Shown piece by piece: positions 39,854 through 48,863 of a DNA stretch of 64,000 bases. Position numbers and translations under genes: made by a program. Below the pieces are notes generated by a model. It was given only the letters and a program-made list of their open reading frames with translations. It did not search any database and was not told the DNA's origin. The stretch covers positions 20,255 to 84,254 of the forward strand of contig CAZLLT010000007.1 in assembly GCA_964560445.1 (NCBI GenBank), written 5' to 3'. The stretch is from an uncultured Chitinophaga sp. Its GTDB lineage: Bacteria; Bacteroidota; Bacteroidia; Chitinophagales; Chitinophagaceae. Numbering within the stretch: position 1 is the first letter of the stretch; each line of letters opens with the position of its first letter.

Positions 39854-41851
39854 ATGCACAGCAAATCCAGGAAGTTATTGGTCACACTTTTTTTAGCAGG
39901 CAGTTTTGGCGTAGCTGCACAGCAGTATAATGAAGACAGCCTGCAACGCATTTTACATGCGGGAAAAGTAAGCGGAAAGGATATGCTTGTGTACAGGGCA
40001 TTGGGTATAAACCATTACTCAAAAGGGAATTATGACTCTGCCATCTATTATTACAAAGAAGGGCTGCAAAGAAGCCTTCAATTAAAAAATAAATATTGGG
40101 AAACCAAATATACCTTGTGGACAGGCGGTGTATATATTGCCGCTACTAAATACGACAGCGCCGAACATTATCTTTCCTTGTCTTACCCACTGGTTCAGGA
40201 AAGTAAAAACGACAGCCTGATTGCATCATACCATCAGAACACCGGAACACTGTACCTGTTTCAAAACAAACACGAAGCATCGGCAGAAGCCATGATAAAA
40301 AGCATAGATATCATGGAAAAAATGGGAGATAAAACGCCGTCGTCTTTGCTGATGGCAGCCTATGCTAATTTATCGGCCATTTTCAGCAGGTTGAATCAAC
40401 TTGACAAAGCGCTGGAATACGACAAAAAAATGCTGGCATTAAAAGAAGCCTATGCCAATACAGGGGAATATGCAAGCCTGTATTTTAATGCGGCTGTTAC
40501 CTATTTTCAACTGGAAGATTTTAAAAACATGAAATTGTATTTAGATACGGCGCTTTACTACAATAACTTATACCCCAACCCACGGGCCTTATTAAATATT
40601 ATAGGGTCATTGGGTACTTATTATGAAAATACAGGACAAAAAGATTCGGCATTAGTATATCATGAAAGAGCTATGGCTATCAGCAAAGAGGCTAAGGAGT
40701 TTTATTTTTATGCTGAAAGGGCTATCAATGCAGCAGGCGTATATTCCCAAACAGGAAACCAAACGAAAGCTGCTGCGCTACTGAAAGAAGCCATTCCCTA
40801 TGCAGAACAATTCAGCGATTACCGTATGCTTGCAGAAGCGTATAAAGGGCTAAAAGAAATTGCACAGAAAAAAGGGAACTTTAAAGACGCTTTTCAATAT
40901 GCCGAACTAAGCAACGCCTATTATGACAGTGTATCTAATGCAACCGTTAAAACCACTGTGCTTGACCTTGAAACCAAATACGAAGCCACCAAAAAAGAAA
41001 AAGAAATAGCTGACCTTACAGCATCTAACACCCAAAAAGATCTCGCCGTAGTAAAACGCAACCGTTTTTTAATCATTGGCTGTATTTCGTCAGCGGCATT
41101 GCTCCTTACACTGGGGTTGCTATATCGCAACAGCCGCCAGAAAAAATCATTGGCCGAAAAAGACAAACGGTTGAAAGAGGAAGAAGTGAAATTTTTAAAA
41201 GAACAGCAGCAGGTAATATCACTGCAAAGTATGGTGAATGGGCAGGAAACAGAACGTACCCGTATTGCCAAAGATTTGCACGATAGCCTGGGCGGTTTAT
41301 TTTCTACCATTAAAATGTACTTCAGCAGTATGCAACATGAGCATCCCGCTTTGATGCAAAACGAAATATTCAACAAAAGCCTTGATCTGGTAAACAACGC
41401 ATCGCAGGAAGTGCGGCGCATAGCCCATAATATGATGCCCGAGGTCTTGATAAAAGTAGGCTTGGTGCAAGCAGTACAAGACCTCTGTGATAATATCAAC
41501 TCATCTAAACTACTTACCATCAGCCTGCAGCATTATGGCATGGGAAAAAGACTGAATGCCTCCACTGAAGTGATGCTGTTTCGCATCATACAGGAATTGC
41601 TTAATAATATCATTAAACATGCTTCTGCCAGTAAAACCATTGTGCAATTCAACCGTATTGACAATGAACTTACCGTTACAGTGGAAGATAATGGCAAAGG
41701 GTTTAACCTGCAGGAAACCGATAACAAAACCCACGCAGGCCTGGAAACAGTTAAAAGCAGGGTAAATTACCTTAATGGTGAACTTTCCATTGATACGGAA
41801 AAGGAAGTAGGTACCACTGTTATTATGCACTTCTTAATTAATGAAGAATAA
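39854..41851 (+). CDS. Periplasmic-TPR sensor histidine kinase (HisKA_3 / NarX-like)
   Basis: Signal peptide, TPRs, LETKYEATKKE, TM, QETERTRIAKDLHDSLGG (H-box), FRIIQELLNNIIKHA and VEDNGKGF. Confidence 0.92.
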   Translation: MHSKSRKLLVTLFLAGSFGVAAQQYNEDSLQRILHAGKVSGKDMLVYRALGINHYSKGNYDSAIYYYKEGLQRSLQLKNKYWETKYTLWTGGVYIAATKYDSAEHYLSLSYPLVQESKNDSLIASYHQNTGTLYLFQNKHEASAEAMIKSIDIMEKMGDKTPSSLLMAAYANLSAIFSRLNQLDKALEYDKKMLALKEAYANTGEYASLYFNAAVTYFQLEDFKNMKLYLDTALYYNNLYPNPRALLNIIGSLGTYYENTGQKDSALVYHERAMAISKEAKEFYFYAERAINAAGVYSQTGNQTKAAALLKEAIPYAEQFSDYRMLAEAYKGLKEIAQKKGNFKDAFQYAELSNAYYDSVSNATVKTTVLDLETKYEATKKEKEIADLTASNTQKDLAVVKRNRFLIIGCISSAALLLTLGLLYRNSRQKKSLAEKDKRLKEEEVKFLKEQQQVISLQSMVNGQETERTRIAKDLHDSLGGLFSTIKMYFSSMQHEHPALMQNEIFNKSLDLVNNASQEVRRIAHNMMPEVLIKVGLVQAVQDLCDNINSSKLLTISLQHYGMGKRLNASTEVMLFRIIQELLNNIIKHASASKTIVQFNRIDNELTVTVEDNGKGFNLQETDNKTHAGLETVKSRVNYLNGELSIDTEKEVGTTVIMHFLINEE

Positions 41852-41941
41852 AGGCCACAATTATCCTGGGTGTATCATTTCTTCATTTCATAAACCCTCA
41901 AAAAATTGTATCTTCATCCAGACCAACATCTGGTACTTATT

Positions 41942-42577
41942 ATGATACAAATACTTATCATTGACGACCATCCATTGGTAGCCGATGGGATTGCCACTAT
42001 GATAAGGGATTTAAGCCACTTGCAAATAACCGGGCATTACAAAACCGGAAAAGAAGCGCTTGATTTTTTACACCATCAATCCCCAGATATAATCTTATTA
42101 GACCTTAACCTACCCGATACAAATGGAATTGAGCTTTGTGCTCAAATAAGGGGAAAAAATAAAGTATCAAAGATTATCGCCCTTACTTCCACCAATGAAA
42201 CCGGCATTATTACCCAAATACTAAGTAAAGGTGGTAATGGTTATTTACTTAAAGACATGGAAAGAAATGACCTTCTTGCAGCTATAGACACTGTGTTAGA
42301 CAACAGGGTTTACCTGAGCAAATCTGCTCATGAAAAAGTAATAGAACAATTCCTCTCTGTAAATAATGCATTGGAAAGCATCCCAAAACTCACCCGGAGA
42401 GAACAACAAATTTTGCAACTCTTCCATGAAGGGTATAATGTTCCGGAAATTGCCGAAAAAATATTCCTGAGCAGCCTTACTATTCAAACACATAAGAAAA
42501 ACCTGATGCAAAAAATGAAGGTAAATCATACCCAGCAATTGTTAAAAGTGGCAAGGGAACTGGGGTTAGTGAAGTAA
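41942..42577 (+). CDS. NarL/LuxR family response regulator
   Basis: ILIIDDHPLV, IILLDLNLPD, GYLLKD, and the LTRREQQIL...IAEKIFLSSLTIQTHKKNLMQK HTH. Confidence 0.93.
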   Translation: MIQILIIDDHPLVADGIATMIRDLSHLQITGHYKTGKEALDFLHHQSPDIILLDLNLPDTNGIELCAQIRGKNKVSKIIALTSTNETGIITQILSKGGNGYLLKDMERNDLLAAIDTVLDNRVYLSKSAHEKVIEQFLSVNNALESIPKLTRREQQILQLFHEGYNVPEIAEKIFLSSLTIQTHKKNLMQKMKVNHTQQLLKVARELGLVK

Positions 42578-42632
42578 CTGCAGGTAAGGTTATTTATAAA
42601 CATCTGTCTTTTATCTTTCAATAGAAAAAATC

Positions 42633-42748
42633 TTATACCTGCGTTTGTGATACATAAATGCCCATGCCCTTAAAAATAAATACTTTGATTGGCATGGGGC
42701 AAAGTTATAGCCGGATTACGCTATGTTGTATCACTAATTTTAGGGATA
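42633..42748 (-). pseudogene. Promoter plus truncated 20-codon ORF resembling a response-regulator start
   Basis: Palindrome 42729-42748, TAACTTTG 42700-42707, then ATG 42695 giving MPIKVFIFKGMGIYVSQTQV with stop at 42633. Confidence 0.4.
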
Positions 42749-42873
42749 GCTTTGTAAACAGCGTTTTCTTTGATGTCATAAGAAGCACTCATGGCAGGTA
42801 ATTTTTCTTGTCTTCCTCTTTTCGCAAACACGTCTGATTTTTGTTGCAGTTTGCTGGCATAGTATAAGACTTG

Positions 42874-45800
42874 CTACCTGCTTTTCCAGCCGGGCAGGTA
42901 TTTATCAAGGAGCTTCTGAAAGTCTTTGTCTTTTTTCAGGTCCATCAGGTCCGGGTCGGTAAGCAGGTCTTCTTTTCCTTTATACCCTAACTCGTATGCC
43001 CGCTGCAGGTACACAATGGCCTCTTTTGATTTTCCCTGTAAAGCATAGGTGCAGCCTAACTGGAAATACGATTTTATTCTCAACGGATCGAGCCTTGTAC
43101 TTTCTTCGAGGTAAACAATAGCCGAATCGTATTGCTGCATGGCACGGTAAGTAAGCCCCAGGTTCAGCATGGAAGTAGGAGAATTGGGGTCAAGCTCCAC
43201 CGCTTTCTTCAGGTAAACCAATGCCGAATCATTCAGGTCAATCACCAGGTAAATGCCCCCGATGCGGGAATAGCCATTGGCGTAATTCCTGTCCAGCATT
43301 ATAGCTTTCCGGAAATAAGCAATCGCCGAATCATACATTTTAAATTCATCATAATAGCCGCCTATCACTGCGTAATCCACAGGGTCAGGCTCTATCCAGC
43401 GCAGCACCTGTTTTTTATAATAATGAACGGCCGAATCATATTGCTTTTGCTGGCGGAACATATTCGCCATATTGCCGCTGTACACAGGGCTTTCCGGCGC
43501 CTGTTCTATTGCCCTGAAAAAATAGATACGGGCTGAGTCATACCTCCTCATGCCCTGGAAGGCAAGCCCGGTATTGTTCAGCAACTGCGGGTTAAAAGGT
43601 TCTTTTTCCAATCCCATTCTGAAATATTTCCTTGCCGAGTCATACTTTCTCTGGTCAAGGAATGAAAGCCCCACTTCATTCATATAAACGGAAGAACCCG
43701 GGTTCAGTGTCGTGGACTCCATCAGGAAGTTGGTAACAGAATCCAACTGGCCCAACTGCCGGAAAAGCTTTACCATATTATTGAACGCAGGTTTATAATC
43801 GGGCCGTATCTGTAAAGAACTGCGGAAATACGCTTTTGCCGAATCATAATTTTTATCCCCTGCATATACAGTGCCCACATTATTGAAAATAGCAGGGTTG
43901 CCCGGCTCTAATTGTATCGCCCTTTGAAAATGGGCATACGCCGAATCAGGCTGCTGCACTTCTTTGAATACGATGCCCAGGTTGATAAGCGAATGGGCAG
44001 AGTACGGATTGGCCCCTAATGCTCTTTTATAGTAATACCGGGCAGAGTCGTATTGTTTTAAAAGAAAACTGGCCTGCCCCAGGTTGTTAAATGCCACTTC
44101 GTATTGCGGGTCCAGTTCTACGGCATTCCGGTAATATACTTTTGCCGAATCATATTCCCCCAGGTCTCTGTAAAAATTACCGACATATACGTTCACAATT
44201 GACTTATCCGGGTAGTTGGCAAAAGCCTGCCGGTAATAAATCCGGGCAGAGTCATATTCTTTTTTATAAAAGAAAGTTTTGGCAAGGCCATTGTACGCGT
44301 TGATAAGCTTCGGGTCAATTTGAATACTCTTTTTGAAATACGGAACGGCATTATCATACTTTTTCTGATCAAGAAAAAGCCAGCCGATGTTATTGGAAGC
44401 ATATACATTGGCAGGATCAATACGCAACGCTTTTTCGTAATTCGCAATTGCCGAATCAGGCTTTGAAATAGCGTAATAGAAATGGCCCAGGTCCACATAC
44501 GCATCTGCATTGCCCGGATCGGCAGCTATGGCCCGGCGATAGTATTTTACGGCCGAATCCCTTTTGTTTAATGTTTTATAAGAATAAGCCAGCGTAACAT
44601 AAGGATACCTCCATTTGGGCGCGGTGGTAATAGCCCTTTTGGCATAATAAATGGCGCTGTCATAATTGTTATTATCCAAATGCAGGGAAGAGAGTGTATT
44701 CAGGATATAAGAAGCGTTCCTGTCTGAGGCATAAGCCGAATAAGCAAACTGAAATGCGGTTCTTATATCTATTTTCTGGCGGCTTCTTCCGAAATATCCT
44801 CTTGCTTTAAAAAAATTCATACGTCCCATAAGCGACCGGGCAAAAACAGGGTCATCGGGCATAATGTAGCTGATGGCTTTTTCAAGCATCTCCCCCACTT
44901 CATGAAATTCCTGCTGCGCCACTTTTTCCATCCGCAATAATGTACTGTTGAGGTCATCGGAATTTTCTTCTTCCGCCGCCTGCACCCGCAACCGCTGAAT
45001 AGAAGCAGCATCTTTGCAATCAAGGTAAAGATTGATCTTGGTCTGGGCAAAATTGATGAACTCCACCGCAAGTGTAGTTTGGGCGTCTATCGTATAGGCG
45101 TCGCCGGGATACTTTCTGGCCATCATGTCATAATAATATTCTGCGGAGGCCCTGCCTGTAAGCCGACTTTCACGGACTGCCTTATTAAATAAATTGTACG
45201 TATCAATCAAAAGCGTATCGGCGGCGCCTCTTCCATTCTCTTTTTTAGCCTTTGTAAAAGCGCCTGCCGAATTGCCCGGTCCTTTGTTCTCTGTCTTTTT
45301 TTCAATCAGCCATCGGCGCAGGTAGGCCGTATCCACTACGGTAATGATTTTTTCACTGTTTTCGTTGCAACAGAAATAAGGGTCCTGCTTTCGTTTAAAC
45401 ACCTGTTGGGCTATTGCAGGTACGTTTTTATGGATATATTGCTGTATTTCGGACAGGCTAACCTTGTTGTCCTTTTGCACATCCGCCTCGCCGGTCAGGC
45501 CGTTTACAAGATAATAGGTAAATAAACCGTGTCCGTTACCGATAGATTCATCCTCCAGCGACTCCTGCCCTGCCCCGGTGGCCAGCATAATGATTTCGCC
45601 GGCCCTTTTTTCGGAAATGGCGGAATTAAGAAAGTTCTGGCCCTCTTTTCCTCCCGGCAGTTCATTGGTGCGGCAGGCGTCCATTATAAAAAATACTTCT
45701 ACCCCTTTTCCCGTTTCCCGCTGTATTTTCAATTTCAGGTTATACAACTGTATCACCCCACCGGCCAGGTAATTGTTTTTATCACCGGCGGGGTTGCAAT

Positions 45801-46206
45801 CGTAGGCAATATAAAAAAACTGGTCTTCATCAATGGCATCGCCATGCCCCGCCAGGTAAATAAACAACTTATCTCCATCCCTTAGCTTTTTCGCATCCAG
45901 CCATTTAAATCCCTTGGCCCAGAACATGGTTGACAGGGCCTGCTCATTCAGGAGGCAAAAAATATTGTCCGCAGATACGCTGCCACCGGCAGGCGACATT
46001 AAAAAATCCCGGAACATTTCGGCATCTTTATCTGCATAAGAAAGGGGGCGGACATATTTATATTTTGAAATCCCCATTATCATAGCAAATGTCTGCGACC
46101 CGCTGATGGTTGTATCCCGTGGTTTGGGCGGCCCGGCCTGCGCTATAACCGGCAGGTCATGAAGAAAAAAGAAAGCGGCAAACAGTATGAGATAACAAAT
46201 CTTCAT
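42874..46206 (-). CDS. Secreted caspase (peptidase C14) domain protein with a long C-terminal TPR array
   Basis: Signal peptide; FAMIMGISKY, YLAGHG, IMDACRT and GHGLFTYYLVNGL; more than a dozen TPRs (YDSA..YY..A...P). Confidence 0.9.
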   Translation of the reverse strand: MKICYLILFAAFFFLHDLPVIAQAGPPKPRDTTISGSQTFAMIMGISKYKYVRPLSYADKDAEMFRDFLMSPAGGSVSADNIFCLLNEQALSTMFWAKGFKWLDAKKLRDGDKLFIYLAGHGDAIDEDQFFYIAYDCNPAGDKNNYLAGGVIQLYNLKLKIQRETGKGVEVFFIMDACRTNELPGGKEGQNFLNSAISEKRAGEIIMLATGAGQESLEDESIGNGHGLFTYYLVNGLTGEADVQKDNKVSLSEIQQYIHKNVPAIAQQVFKRKQDPYFCCNENSEKIITVVDTAYLRRWLIEKKTENKGPGNSAGAFTKAKKENGRGAADTLLIDTYNLFNKAVRESRLTGRASAEYYYDMMARKYPGDAYTIDAQTTLAVEFINFAQTKINLYLDCKDAASIQRLRVQAAEEENSDDLNSTLLRMEKVAQQEFHEVGEMLEKAISYIMPDDPVFARSLMGRMNFFKARGYFGRSRQKIDIRTAFQFAYSAYASDRNASYILNTLSSLHLDNNNYDSAIYYAKRAITTAPKWRYPYVTLAYSYKTLNKRDSAVKYYRRAIAADPGNADAYVDLGHFYYAISKPDSAIANYEKALRIDPANVYASNNIGWLFLDQKKYDNAVPYFKKSIQIDPKLINAYNGLAKTFFYKKEYDSARIYYRQAFANYPDKSIVNVYVGNFYRDLGEYDSAKVYYRNAVELDPQYEVAFNNLGQASFLLKQYDSARYYYKRALGANPYSAHSLINLGIVFKEVQQPDSAYAHFQRAIQLEPGNPAIFNNVGTVYAGDKNYDSAKAYFRSSLQIRPDYKPAFNNMVKLFRQLGQLDSVTNFLMESTTLNPGSSVYMNEVGLSFLDQRKYDSARKYFRMGLEKEPFNPQLLNNTGLAFQGMRRYDSARIYFFRAIEQAPESPVYSGNMANMFRQQKQYDSAVHYYKKQVLRWIEPDPVDYAVIGGYYDEFKMYDSAIAYFRKAIMLDRNYANGYSRIGGIYLVIDLNDSALVYLKKAVELDPNSPTSMLNLGLTYRAMQQYDSAIVYLEESTRLDPLRIKSYFQLGCTYALQGKSKEAIVYLQRAYELGYKGKEDLLTDPDLMDLKKDKDFQKLLDKYLPGWKSR

Positions 46207-46217
46207 AAAACAAACCT

Positions 46218-46267
46218 CTAATTTATGAATTTACCTTCGAATAAGGCATACCCGCTTTAGGGGATGC
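46218..46267 (-). promoter_or_regulatory. -7 box and 7-2-7 palindrome for the caspase-TPR gene
   Basis: Minus strand TCCCCTA-AA-GCGGGTA (46249-46264), a 23-nt gap, then TAAATTAG (46218-46225). Confidence 0.6.
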
Positions 46268-46300
46268 GGCAGCTACGCAGAAAAACGCAATAGGTTAAAC

Positions 46301-46493
46301 TACCACCTGCCAGCAGGTGGATTAAAGACTGAGCCTAAAATGTTGGCCACGAAATCACACTGATTTTCACGAAAGTGAAAATTCTTTAGTGTTCTTTTGT
46401 GTGTTTTCGTGGCAAAAAGCAGCCCTTGCTGTGCTGCATTTTTCTTACCCGGCATAACCACAGCCTCATTACCGCCCCCAAAGGCGGTGGATT
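46301..46493. repeat. Two direct hairpin repeats flanking a GCCACGAA...TTCGTGGC palindromic element
   Basis: taccacctgccagcaggtggatt (46301) and taccgcccccaaaggcggtggatt (46470); inner element at 46346-46413. Confidence 0.6.
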
Positions 46494-46582
46494 TCCAGGT
46501 CGTATTAAAATAACGTAATGTTGTAACCCGCAAAACCAGCCGAAAGTGCTTATTATTGCAAGAACAGCAAAAGACTGTTTGA

Positions 46583-47830
46583 ATGGAACCAAAAAGCCCC
46601 AAACCACCCAGCCCCAGGCCTCAAAAGAGAAAAAACCCCATTACCAAATATCTTTATGAAAAAGATACCATATTCGCTACGGTATGGGTTTTCATATTCA
46701 TCATAGTCCTCGGCTCCCTCCCCCTTAATACGTATGTGCTAAACCCCTTAAAAATGGGGTTAAAAGATTTTGACTATACCGACCTGGCTTATGCCGAACT
46801 GGGCAAAGGGGACGATTCGCTTGACAACCGCATCGTGATCATCAATATAGATACAGCGCAAAGGGATATGCTGGCCTTACTGATTGAGCAAACTGCCGCT
46901 TACGGGCCAAAGGTGATGGGGCTGGATGTGGTTTTTGACGGCCCGCGGGAGCCTTTCCAGGATTCCTTGCTCGCTGCAACCCTTAGCGCCCATAAAAACA
47001 TCATAGTAGCAACAAAATTTGACTGGCAGGATACTGCTTCTCCTTACAAGCAAGGCCATTTTGCCTTTACCGGGAACAAGCAGGGGTATGTGAACATGCT
47101 TGCCGAAGACATTGCCACCATAAGGCTATGGTCGCCGTTCTTTGAAAATGAAACCGATAAAAAAGCGCCGCCTTACAAGAGCTTCGCCGCCTCCATCGTA
47201 GAAGAGTATGATCCGGCAGCATTTAAAAAAATGCAGAAAAGAAAGAAAAAATCAGAACTGATCAATTTTACCAGGAGGGCTGGTTTTTACCAGATCATTG
47301 AACCGGAAATGCTGCTGACAGGCAATGTGGATACCAGCGCCTTAAAAGGTAAGATTGCTTTACTGGGCTATATCGGCCGTACCCCCTACGACATTGAAGA
47401 TAAAAAGTTTACACCCATGAACCCGAGATTTGCCGGTAAATCTATCCCGGATATGAACGGAATAGTGGTTCATGCCAATATAATTTCGATGATATTGGAC
47501 AAAAACTATATAAAAAAATTACCTTCGTGGGTAAACTGGCTGGTAGCCATTATCATCGGATGGCTTCACATGTCCTTCTTCGTCCGGTATTATCTTGAAA
47601 AACATATCTGGTTTCATTTAGTAGCAAAACTTGCACAGGTAATTTCTGCCATATTGTTTGCGTACCTGGCAATTTATCTTTTCGACCGGTTCAATGTAAA
47701 ACTGGATGTAAAGATGACCCTGATTGTAATTGTAATGGCCGTAGATGTTATTTATTTCTATGAAGCATGGGCTTCCTGGATGCATAAAAAATATAATTAT
47801 AAAACCATATTCAAGCCACATCATCACTAA
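46583..47830 (+). CDS. CHASE2 domain membrane protein with no cytoplasmic output domain
   Basis: N-terminal TM; IVIINID, PKVMGLDVVF, D.LLAATL, LKGKIALLGY, TPMN and MNGIVVHANII.MIL; three TM helices, then only a short tail ending KPHHH. Confidence 0.85.
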   Translation: MEPKSPKPPSPRPQKRKNPITKYLYEKDTIFATVWVFIFIIVLGSLPLNTYVLNPLKMGLKDFDYTDLAYAELGKGDDSLDNRIVIINIDTAQRDMLALLIEQTAAYGPKVMGLDVVFDGPREPFQDSLLAATLSAHKNIIVATKFDWQDTASPYKQGHFAFTGNKQGYVNMLAEDIATIRLWSPFFENETDKKAPPYKSFAASIVEEYDPAAFKKMQKRKKKSELINFTRRAGFYQIIEPEMLLTGNVDTSALKGKIALLGYIGRTPYDIEDKKFTPMNPRFAGKSIPDMNGIVVHANIISMILDKNYIKKLPSWVNWLVAIIIGWLHMSFFVRYYLEKHIWFHLVAKLAQVISAILFAYLAIYLFDRFNVKLDVKMTLIVIVMAVDVIYFYEAWASWMHKKYNYKTIFKPHHH

Positions 47831-47853
47831 TCCACCACCTAAAATTCAGCAAC

Positions 47854-48759
47854 ATGAAAAAGTTACCTGTCCTTATCCTTGTTCTTTCTTTCACCATCGG
47901 GCTGCATGCCCAGAACAACAATTTCCTTATTTACAGCTTTAAAGGGAATATATCCGTAGTGGAAGATAATACGGAAGACAAAGCAAAAGTTGGTAAACTG
48001 CTCGACAGCAAAGCCTCCGTTAAGGTAGCAGCAGGCTCGGCCCTGACGCTGATCTGTAACGAAGCAGCGATGTTCACCATCAACAAGCCGGGTACTTATG
48101 CACTCAGCAAGTTAAAAGACTCCTGCAAGATCAATAACAGTTCTGTCAGCGCCAACTATGTAAAATATGTATGGGCGCAAATGACACAGTCCAAAGGCTC
48201 TCCAGGCAGCAACCGTAAAGCATACATGAATACAGTCGGCGCTGTAAGCCGCGGCGGTATCAATAATGTTTGGATAGACCCCAGACTGGATACCGTATAT
48301 TATTACAGCGGCAGCAAGTTCCCTCTCTCCTGGAAATCCTATGCCGAAGCAAAAGAATTTGATTTCTTCTTATACGATGCAGCCAATACAGATAAACCCC
48401 TTTTCACTACTACAGTGGATAAACTTAAAATACCCATCAAGGAATTTGAAAAAAAGATCAAACCGGGCAGCAGCTACTACTGGACCTCTGCCGTAAAAGG
48501 GGAAACCAATGAGGATTTTAAACTGTTTACGTATGTAACCAAAGATACGTTCGACGCCATACTGGATATGATAAGTAAACAAGGCGAAGCATTTGAAGCT
48601 CCGGCAGAGCAGGCCTACCGCATTGCCTTTATGCTGGAAGACGCACATTACCTGGCCGAAGCGTTGGAGTATTATACAAAAGCAGCATCGCTTGACAGCA
48701 CCAATGTATTATACCGCTCTACCCTGATGTCGTTCCGAAAAGATTACGAGATAAAATAA
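47854..48759 (+). CDS. Secreted protein: FecR-like N-terminal beta domain, GAVSRG linker, DUF928-like Ig domain, helical C-terminus
   Basis: Signal peptide ending LHA-Q; SFKGNISV...VKVAAGSALTL; GAVSRGG; W..Y...F.L...IKPGSSYYWT; AFMLEDAHYLAEAL.YY. Domain names are judged by resemblance only. Confidence 0.6.
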   Translation: MKKLPVLILVLSFTIGLHAQNNNFLIYSFKGNISVVEDNTEDKAKVGKLLDSKASVKVAAGSALTLICNEAAMFTINKPGTYALSKLKDSCKINNSSVSANYVKYVWAQMTQSKGSPGSNRKAYMNTVGAVSRGGINNVWIDPRLDTVYYYSGSKFPLSWKSYAEAKEFDFFLYDAANTDKPLFTTTVDKLKIPIKEFEKKIKPGSSYYWTSAVKGETNEDFKLFTYVTKDTFDAILDMISKQGEAFEAPAEQAYRIAFMLEDAHYLAEALEYYTKAASLDSTNVLYRSTLMSFRKDYEIK

Positions 48760-48766
48760 ATTATCT

Positions 48767-48793
48767 AAAAAGCCTCCTCCGGGAGGTTTTTTT
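48767..48793 (+). terminator. Intrinsic terminator
   Basis: aaaaa-gcctcc-tccg-ggaggt-tttttt. Confidence 0.75.
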
Positions 48794-48863
48794 ATGAACG
48801 GGCATTCCGGCAAAGCCCGGTTTCCTTAGCTTTACCCCTTATCAGATACTACAAGTATTGTAT

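Noticed and set aside
34289-48760. Integrative island or prophage inserted at tRNA-Arg
   Set aside because: No integrase, no phage or conjugation genes, and I found no repeat of the tRNA 3' end (att site) in the window. Accessory content alone is insufficient.
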